A stretch of 34,103 nucleotides of DNA from a virus (lineage: Duplodnaviria > Caudoviricetes): positions 1 through 34,103 of the IMG/VR virus record IMGVR_UViG_3300020172_004120; one strand, 5' to 3'. Positions 1 through 5,520 of the stretch are shown one piece after another. The notes under the pieces were generated by a model. The model saw only the letters and a program-made list of their open reading frames with translations. It was not told the DNA's origin and ran no database searches. The position numbers and the translations under genes are program-made. The stretch's first letter is position 1. Each line of letters opens with the position of its first letter.

Positions 1-14
1 CCCCCCCCTTCCCG

Positions 15-27
15 TGCTACAATTCTC
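15..27 (+). promoter_or_regulatory. Putative early (host sigma70-type) promoter, extended -10 element TGcTACAAT
   Basis: TG-n-TACAAT at 15-23. The 11-mer CTACAATTCTC (17-27) recurs at 293-303 upstream of the next ORF. The -35 would lie just outside the window. Confidence 0.55.
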
Positions 28-52
28 TCAGTTCACACCCCCACCTGAACCG

Positions 53-253
53 ATGACCGAAGCATACGCCGTTTTCACCACGGGCAACGACTACTACGAT
101 CGCCCCGAACTGTTCGGACTCTATGCCACCGCTGAGAAGGCAGAGGCGGATGCCGCTGGATTGCGGGAGCGCCTGGAGGATGAGGATTGCGCCTCCCATC
201 CTGGTGAGCGCCTCTACGCTGAGGTGAGCGTCGCCTACGTTCCCATCCGATGA
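53..253 (+). CDS. Small acidic hypothetical protein (66 aa, MTEAYAVF...), probable early gene
   Basis: The track ORF 14..253 starts at a GTG inside the promoter motif. The ATG at 53 lies downstream of the -10 and is more plausible. GC-rich, host-like codons. Confidence 0.65.
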   Translation: MTEAYAVFTTGNDYYDRPELFGLYATAEKAEADAAGLRERLEDEDCASHPGERLYAEVSVAYVPIR

Positions 254-260
254 TCCTCAC

Positions 261-303
261 GGGGCGGGTTGACCACCTGCCCCACCCATAGACTACAATT
301 CTC
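261..303 (+). promoter_or_regulatory. Putative early promoter: TTGACC (-35) flanked by a GC inverted repeat, TACAAT (-10)
   Basis: GGGGCGGGT (261-269) pairs with ACCTGCCCC (275-283) around TTGACC (269-274). TACAAT is at 294-299, a 19-nt (non-optimal) spacer. Shares CTACAATTCTC with 17-27. Confidence 0.5.
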
Positions 304-322
304 CCAACCGACACCGACCCCC

Positions 323-661
323 ATGATCAACGCCGCAACCGCTAACCGCCTGGATCTGCTGCTCGCAGAATGCCGTGGAGAAATTTCTTACCGTCGCCTC
401 CCCACCCGTCGCCCTCGCAAGGGTGAGACCTGGCAGCGTCAATCTCAGCATGGCAAAGGCGCCGCAGTTGGCAACGTTCGCTCTGGCGACTTCGGTTCTA
501 CTGGTGACACCGCTGCAGGCGCTGGTAAGGGTATGACTCTCACCCGCGTTTGTGGCATTGGTAAGGAAATGGTTCGCGATCTTGATTCTGTCGTTAAGCG
601 TGCCAACGTACAGTATGCTGCCGATCGCCGCGCTGCAGCATTGGATCGGCGGGGGGTCTGA
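323..661 (+). CDS. Basic hypothetical protein (112 aa, MINAATANRL...), probable early gene
   Basis: The track ORF 269..661 starts at the TTG of the -35 box. The ATG at 323 follows the promoter motif with spacing similar to the first ORF. Arg/Gly/Ala-rich, GC-rich codons. Confidence 0.7.
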   Translation: MINAATANRLDLLLAECRGEISYRRLPTRRPRKGETWQRQSQHGKGAAVGNVRSGDFGSTGDTAAGAGKGMTLTRVCGIGKEMVRDLDSVVKRANVQYAADRRAAALDRRGV

Positions 662-703
662 TATTCGTTCGTGGCATGTTCGTGATGGACAGTTGTATGG
701 GTC

Positions 704-739
704 GCGCCCCGCCGTGGGCGCCCCGCCGTGCCCCCCCCC
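704..739. repeat. Tandem 13-bp direct repeat GCGCCCCGCCGTG x2 followed by a C9 run, at the GC/AT boundary
   Basis: Copies at 704-716 and 718-730; C-run at 731-739; read directly from the sequence. Confidence 0.85.
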
Positions 740-827
740 GTTATAAAAATCATTAACTACCCTAACCTACAGAGGTGACAAAAAGCGAGAGTGTTGTTAG
801 ACTTAAAAAAATTTCCGTAGGTTAAAG

Positions 828-950
828 TTGGATAATAAACCATTTTATAATAAAAAAATTCCGGACAATAAAACGACCCTCGGAGAACAATTAGAGTATA
901 TTTGGATATGTGTAAAGGAAACCGTAAAAATACTTTTATGTCGTGAGTGA
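828..950 (+). CDS. Possible 40-aa hypothetical protein (MDNKPFYNKKIPDNKTTLGEQLEYIWICVKETVKILLCRE)
   Basis: Open frame from TTG 828 to TGA 948-950, with SD-like GTAGGT at 817-822. Below the track's length cutoff. Confidence 0.4.
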   Translation: MDNKPFYNKKIPDNKTTLGEQLEYIWICVKETVKILLCRE

Positions 951-997
951 ATATATAATGGGACTAACGCGGCGCCCCATTTAAATATTATTGAAAA

Positions 998-1189
998 ATG
1001 GATAAAGTTTATCACATATACGCAAAGGACAAGTGCATATATCACAATCTTTCAAAGAACAAATTTGAGGAAACTTGGGAAATGATGCACAGAATGATTG
1101 AGATTCTTGATGTAAAATTTAAAAAAGAAGATTTACAATATGAAGAACTTGCAGTCAGTAAAGAGACTATAAATGCTTCTTCTTTTTGA
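998..1189 (+). CDS. Small hypothetical phage protein (63 aa), probable paralog of 2020..2175
   Basis: ATG start, preceded by late-promoter-like TTAAATA (981-987). Shares K.Y....K...IY.NLS and F...D[LI]..EE[LI] with ORF 2020..2175. Confidence 0.7.
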   Translation: MDKVYHIYAKDKCIYHNLSKNKFEETWEMMHRMIEILDVKFKKEDLQYEELAVSKETINASSF

Positions 1190-1199
1190 TTCTTACCGA

Positions 1200-1228
1200 T
1201 TGACAAATACTAAATAAGACGATAAAAT
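1200..1228 (+). promoter_or_regulatory. Composite promoter: sigma70-type TTGACA-N17-TAAAAT with a T4-late-type CTAAATA in the spacer
   Basis: TTGACA at 1200-1205, 17-nt spacer, TAAAAT at 1223-1228, CTAAATA at 1210-1216; 24 nt upstream of ATG 1253. Confidence 0.75.
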
Positions 1229-1252
1229 TGATTTTGAAGGTTACTAAAACTT

Positions 1253-2020
1253 ATGGCAAAAGGATTCACTGTTAAAACGGTAGCACCAAAACCCCAAACC
1301 GAAGAGTGGGATTATGATGCTATCAGAGAAAGAATGCGTGGAAAGTCAATTGTTTTTTGTCTTCCTGGCAGAGGTTGTTCATACACATTTCTCAAATCGT
1401 TTGTGCAACTGTGCTTTGATCTAGTAAAGAATGAAATGAGTATCCAGATTTCTCAGGATTACTCTTCAATGGTTAATTTTGCAAGGTGTAAAGTTCTAGG
1501 TGCTAATGTCCTGAGGGGCCCCAATCAAGTGCCTTGGGACGGAAAACTCGATTATGATTATCAACTATGGATTGATAATGATATTGTTTTCAACTCAGAA
1601 AAATTCTGGCAACTATGTGATCTTGCATTCCCTGCAGAAGGTGATGAGCGTCCTATCTCTGCTGGTTGGTATGCAACTGAAGACGGGCACACAACCTCAG
1701 TTGCTCACTGGCTAGAAGAAGATGACTTCCGCAAAAATGGCGGAGTTATGAATCATGAGACTGTTGAATCAATCTCAAAGCGTCGTAAACCATTCACAGT
1801 AGACTACACTGGATTTGGTTGGGTTCTGATTAAAAATGGAGTCTTTGAAAATCTCGAATATCCTTGGTTTGCTCCTAAAATGCAGGTCTTCGAATCTGGT
1901 CAAGTTCAAGATATGTGTGGAGAAGACGTTTCTTTCTGTCTTGACGCCATTGAGAAAGGCTTTAAGATCTGGTGTGATCCTCGGATCCGTGTTGGACACG
2001 AAAAAACTCGTATTATCTGA
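1253..2020 (+). CDS. GT-A fold (GT2-like) glycosyltransferase-like protein of cyanomyoviruses
   Basis: 255 aa with N-terminal strand IVFCLPGR, 'VNFARCK', DxD motif (LWIDNDIVF), 'GFGWVLIK', 'GEDVSFC' and 'RVGHEK'. These match the usual GT-A motif order. Confidence 0.7.
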   Translation: MAKGFTVKTVAPKPQTEEWDYDAIRERMRGKSIVFCLPGRGCSYTFLKSFVQLCFDLVKNEMSIQISQDYSSMVNFARCKVLGANVLRGPNQVPWDGKLDYDYQLWIDNDIVFNSEKFWQLCDLAFPAEGDERPISAGWYATEDGHTTSVAHWLEEDDFRKNGGVMNHETVESISKRRKPFTVDYTGFGWVLIKNGVFENLEYPWFAPKMQVFESGQVQDMCGEDVSFCLDAIEKGFKIWCDPRIRVGHEKTRII

Positions 2021-2175
2021 TGACTACAAAATTTTACAACGTACTATACAAAGGTCGTAAAATTTATTCTAACCTCAGTATTGAAGAATGTACTGAGGTT
2101 CTTCAAGACTTTTCTGAAAATTATTACGAAGAAAAGTCTTTTGATCCTATTGATATTGAACTGGAGGAAATTTAA
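2020..2175 (+). CDS. Small acidic hypothetical protein (51 aa, MTTKFYNVLYKGRKIYSNLS...IELEEI)
   Basis: ATG overlaps the upstream stop (TGATG) and the frame is open to TAA 2173-2175. Similar to ORF 998..1189. Not in the track. Confidence 0.7.
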   Translation: MTTKFYNVLYKGRKIYSNLSIEECTEVLQDFSENYYEEKSFDPIDIELEEI

Positions 2176-2316
2176 ATGGCTAAAGGTGGATCTAATAAAG
2201 TATTGTTCGAACCAGGAGCACCTAAAAAAACTCGTCAGGGGCGATCTCCTCGTACACTACTTTCAGCAACTTCTCGTAATGGACGTAAAAAGAAGTATCG
2301 CGGACAAGGAAAATAA
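2176..2316 (+). CDS. Small highly basic protein (46 aa, MAKGGSNK...KKTRQG...KKKYRGQGK)
   Basis: GGAGG SD at 2163-2167; ATG directly after the previous TAA; 14 K/R versus 1 acidic residue; followed by a terminator. Not in the track. Confidence 0.8.
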   Translation: MAKGGSNKVLFEPGAPKKTRQGRSPRTLLSATSRNGRKKKYRGQGK

Positions 2317-2321
2317 TATTC

Positions 2322-2355
2322 AGAGTGCTTAAATAGAATTAAGCACTCTTTTTTT
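2322..2355 (+). terminator. Rho-independent terminator containing a late-promoter-like TTAAATA
   Basis: Perfect 11-bp stem AGAGTGCTTAA (2322-2332) / TTAAGCACTCT (2339-2349), 6-nt loop, T-tract to 2355. Confidence 0.8.
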
Positions 2356-2817
2356 ATGCAATTTACAGAAAAGGAACTTTATATTTTAAATTGGATTCGT
2401 GAAGTATCTAAAGTAAGAGAAGAATTAAATGGATTTGCAATATGTCCCTTTGCTGCAAATTCAAAGTTTAAGATAGTAGAGTGCTCTGCTGAAGAAATTA
2501 TACCTATTGAAGGTTATCAGGTTATAATTTATATCATTGAAGACTATTTTGATTTGAATGCGGTTCAATTTTGGGTTGATTTTTATAATTCTCAGTATGA
2601 AAAGTGGAAATTCTTTGAAGATTGTGGAATGTACAAGACTTATATAAATGATATTCAAACAAATAATGGAAAATACAATTTAATTTTGGCACAACCAACA
2701 GATAAACTGCGAAAATTTAGAGAAAAATTGGCAAAAACAAAATATTATAATTTATGGGATAATGATTATCTGGAAGAAATTCTAGAAAATGACATTGATA
2801 TTATAAAAAAATCATAA
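2356..2817 (+). CDS. Hypothetical protein (153 aa) with a W..EV....ELNGFAICPFA motif, possibly DUF1415-like
   Basis: Track ORF. The N-terminal W...CPFA pattern recalls DUF1415 proteins (from memory, unverified). Confidence 0.7.
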   Translation: MQFTEKELYILNWIREVSKVREELNGFAICPFAANSKFKIVECSAEEIIPIEGYQVIIYIIEDYFDLNAVQFWVDFYNSQYEKWKFFEDCGMYKTYINDIQTNNGKYNLILAQPTDKLRKFREKLAKTKYYNLWDNDYLEEILENDIDIIKKS

Positions 2818-2865
2818 ACGGGATAGCAACCCCGTAAAAAGTTCTGATTTTAAAAAATCAGGAGC
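2818..2865 (+). promoter_or_regulatory. Two-hairpin 5' leader; the second hairpin sequesters the SD of ORF 2872
   Basis: ACGGG (2818-2822) pairs with CCCGT (2831-2835). TTCTGATTT (2842-2850) pairs with AAATCAGGA (2855-2863), overlapping the AGGAG SD at 2860-2864. Confidence 0.5.
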
Positions 2866-2871
2866 AAAAAA

Positions 2872-3117
2872 ATGACTAAAAAAGTCGATAAAGATCAAAA
2901 TTTTATGAAGAATGAGTGGGGAACAGAATATTTGTCAAGCGAATACGGTTGGGAAACGAAAATTAAAACCAAAAAAATGCTTAGAGAAATATCAAATGAT
3001 GATTTGACTCCAAAGAAGCATGATTTTATTATACAAAACGAATTGCATTCAAAGATAAGAAATGATGAGGATTATGACGATTGGGAATATGGAACAGAAC
3101 CTATAATAGGAATGTAA
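2872..3117 (+). CDS. Hypothetical phage protein (81 aa)
   Basis: AGGAG SD 7 nt upstream; acidic C-terminus DEDYDDWEYGTEP; lies directly upstream of gp25. Confidence 0.75.
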   Translation: MTKKVDKDQNFMKNEWGTEYLSSEYGWETKIKTKKMLREISNDDLTPKKHDFIIQNELHSKIRNDEDYDDWEYGTEPIIGM

Positions 3118-3125
3118 AAAGGTCT

Positions 3126-3132
3126 CTAAATA
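3126..3132 (+). promoter_or_regulatory. T4-type late promoter (CTAAATA) for the baseplate operon
   Basis: Intergenic, 30 nt upstream of the gp25 ATG; variant of the T4 late consensus TATAAATA. Confidence 0.65.
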
Positions 3133-3162
3133 ATACAGAATTTATAACCTTTCATATTATAA

Positions 3163-3564
3163 ATGCCTGTCGAAAGAGTTTCAAAGGGATTTAAAGATAT
3201 AAGTCTTTCGTTTCAGGTAAGTCCCCTGAATTATGATCTTCTTACGATTAAAAATGAAACTGCGATTGCCCGTTCGGTTAGAAATTTAGTTCTATATGGA
3301 ACTGGCGAAAAATTCTTTAATGAATCATTTGGATCAAAAGTATCTCGTTCTCTTTTCGAAAATATTGACGAAATATCTGCTTCAATATTAAAAAGCGAGA
3401 TTGAGATTGTAATTAAAAATAATGAACCTAGAGTCAACCTAATAAGTGTTGATATTTCTCCAAATTATGATACTAATGAATTTAGTGTGATTATTAAATA
3501 TTATATTATTGGTATAGAAGCATTACCTCAGCAATTATCATTTGCATTACAACAATCACGATAA
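3163..3564 (+). CDS. gp25: Baseplate wedge subunit gp25 (GPW/gp25 family)
   Basis: 133 aa with 'FKDISLSF', 'AIARSVRNLV...GEKFF...FGS...LFE' and 'EPRV' motifs; immediately upstream of gp6, as in cyanomyoviruses. Confidence 0.9.
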   Translation: MPVERVSKGFKDISLSFQVSPLNYDLLTIKNETAIARSVRNLVLYGTGEKFFNESFGSKVSRSLFENIDEISASILKSEIEIVIKNNEPRVNLISVDISPNYDTNEFSVIIKYYIIGIEALPQQLSFALQQSR

Positions 3565-5517
3565 ATGGCACTAGTCAATTTTACAAATCTAGATTTTAAT
3601 AATATTAAGAGTTCAATAAAAGATTATCTTAGATTGAACTCAAATTTTACCGATTATGATTTTGAAGGATCTAATCTGTCTATAATAATAGACATACTGG
3701 CATATAATACGTATATTTCTTCGTATAATGCCAATATGATAAGTAATGAAATCTTTATAGATAGTGCTACTTTACGAGAGAACGTAGTATCTCTTGCAAA
3801 AAATATTGGTTACATACCAAAATCCAGAATTTCATCAAGATCTAAAATAAGTTTTTTTGTAGATACTACAGAGTTATCATTTAATCCTGTTACACTAACT
3901 TTAAAAAGGGGTATAGTTTGCTCTACACCGTCTTCTTTTGGTCGTGAAAGTTATACTTTTAGTATATTAAATGATGTTACTGTTCCGGTAGTAAATAACC
4001 TAGCATTTTTTTCAGAGGTTGAAGTTTATGAAGGAACATATCTAACTTCAAATTTTACAGTTGATTCTTTAAATCCAAATCAAAAATTTATTTTAAACAA
4101 TGCAAATATTGATTCTTCACTAATAAGTGTTCAGGTAAGAGATAATCAAAATTCCTCATCGACAACAAAATATAATTTATCAGATAGTCTCTTTAATATT
4201 GGATCGGAATCAAAAGTATTTTTTATCCAAGAGATAGAAGATCAAAGATATGAATTAATATTTGGTGATGGAATTTTTGGAAAAAAACTTGACGCTAATA
4301 ATTATATTGAGGTTTCTTACGTAGTTACCAATGGTCCTGCTGCAAATGGTTTGAGTAATTTCGCTTTTGCTGGTAGGTTAATTGATAATGAAGGAAACTC
4401 TATAACCAGTGAGATATCAGATCTCACAACAGATGAATCCTCAACTGGCGGAAAAGATATTGAATCCATAAATTCAATTAAAAAATATGCACCTAGAATA
4501 TATGCAGCACAAAATAGAGCTGTAACTTCTTCTGACTATGAAGCAATTATACCACAAATTTACCCAGAAGCAGAGTCAGTTTCTGCCTTTGGTGGCGAAA
4601 ATTTAGATCCTCCAGAATATGGAAAGGTTTTTATAACAATAAAACCAACTAATGGCGCATTTGTACCAAATTCAATAAAGGATAATATTATATCTTCATT
4701 AAGAAAGTATAGTGTAGCAGGAATTGTTCCTGAGATCTTAGATCTAAAATATCTCTATGTCGAGTTTGATAGTAGAATTTATTACAATACTAATTTCTCG
4801 TCGAGTCCAAGCAATATTTCTAATAGTGTATTCAATAGTATTTCTGAATATGCAAATTCATCTGAGTTGAATAGATATGGTGCAAAATTTAAATATAGTA
4901 AGTTTTTGAAAATAATTGACAATTCTGAGCAATCAATTACGTCAAATATTACAAAAATTCAAATAAGACGCGATTTAAGTCCGGTTTTAAACGTTTTATC
5001 TGAATATGAGATATGTTTTGGAAATCAATTTTATGTCGAAGGTGGGAATGGATATAATATCAAATCTTCGGGATTTGAAATTGCAGGAATAACAGGAACA
5101 GTATATCTATCTGACATACCCGATGTAAGCACCGATGGAAGGTATGGATCTCTGTTTTTCTTCAGATTAGATTCGAACACTCAATCTTCAACTATTAAAA
5201 AATCAGTAGGAAAGATTGATTACTTGAAAGGTGAAATTTTATTAAATCCAGTAAATATTATTGGCACTTCAAAATTCTTTGAAGGTAGACCAATCATTGA
5301 AATTTCTGCAATACCAATATCAAATGACGTGATAGGTCTAAAAGATTTATACTTACAGTTAGATGTTAGCAATAGTTTTGTTACAACCCTGAAAGACGAA
5401 ATTGCATCAGGATCTGATATTTCTGATCTTAACCTTCCATATAAAAATACAACCTACACTGGCACAACATACATAGTTACATCAAGCTACGATACAGGGA
5501 ACCTAGTAAGATTATAA
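3565..5517 (+). CDS. gp6: Baseplate wedge subunit gp6
   Basis: 650 aa with T4 gp6 motifs 'LDF..IK..IKDYL...SNFTDYDFEGSNLS', 'FIDSATLRENVVSLAK.IGY.P.S', 'FGDGIFGK' and 'AQNRAVT..DY'. Confidence 0.95.
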   Translation: MALVNFTNLDFNNIKSSIKDYLRLNSNFTDYDFEGSNLSIIIDILAYNTYISSYNANMISNEIFIDSATLRENVVSLAKNIGYIPKSRISSRSKISFFVDTTELSFNPVTLTLKRGIVCSTPSSFGRESYTFSILNDVTVPVVNNLAFFSEVEVYEGTYLTSNFTVDSLNPNQKFILNNANIDSSLISVQVRDNQNSSSTTKYNLSDSLFNIGSESKVFFIQEIEDQRYELIFGDGIFGKKLDANNYIEVSYVVTNGPAANGLSNFAFAGRLIDNEGNSITSEISDLTTDESSTGGKDIESINSIKKYAPRIYAAQNRAVTSSDYEAIIPQIYPEAESVSAFGGENLDPPEYGKVFITIKPTNGAFVPNSIKDNIISSLRKYSVAGIVPEILDLKYLYVEFDSRIYYNTNFSSSPSNISNSVFNSISEYANSSELNRYGAKFKYSKFLKIIDNSEQSITSNITKIQIRRDLSPVLNVLSEYEICFGNQFYVEGGNGYNIKSSGFEIAGITGTVYLSDIPDVSTDGRYGSLFFFRLDSNTQSSTIKKSVGKIDYLKGEILLNPVNIIGTSKFFEGRPIIEISAIPISNDVIGLKDLYLQLDVSNSFVTTLKDEIASGSDISDLNLPYKNTTYTGTTYIVTSSYDTGNLVRL

Positions 5518-5520
5518 GAA

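Noticed and set aside
14-322. Track start sites at 14 (GTG) and 269 (TTG), giving similar 'LQFSQ.TP.PM' N-termini
   Set aside because: The shared peptide is a translation of the repeated promoter and leader DNA. The ATGs at 53 and 323 are more plausible starts.
957-981. Hairpin AATGGG/CCCATT upstream of ORF 998
   Set aside because: Only 6 bp with a 13-nt loop and no T-tract; too weak to call.
17-1045. Minus-strand ORFs 17-199, 75-314, 445-753, 845-1045 and + ORF 552-746
   Set aside because: They overlap better-supported + strand genes or regulatory DNA, and GC-rich DNA gives long spurious frames.
2081-2332. Track ORF of 83 aa (also 1836-2060)
   Set aside because: It overlaps two better ORFs (2020-2175 and 2176-2316) that have coupled starts, an SD and a terminator. 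ORF 1836-2060 lies out of frame within the GT gene.
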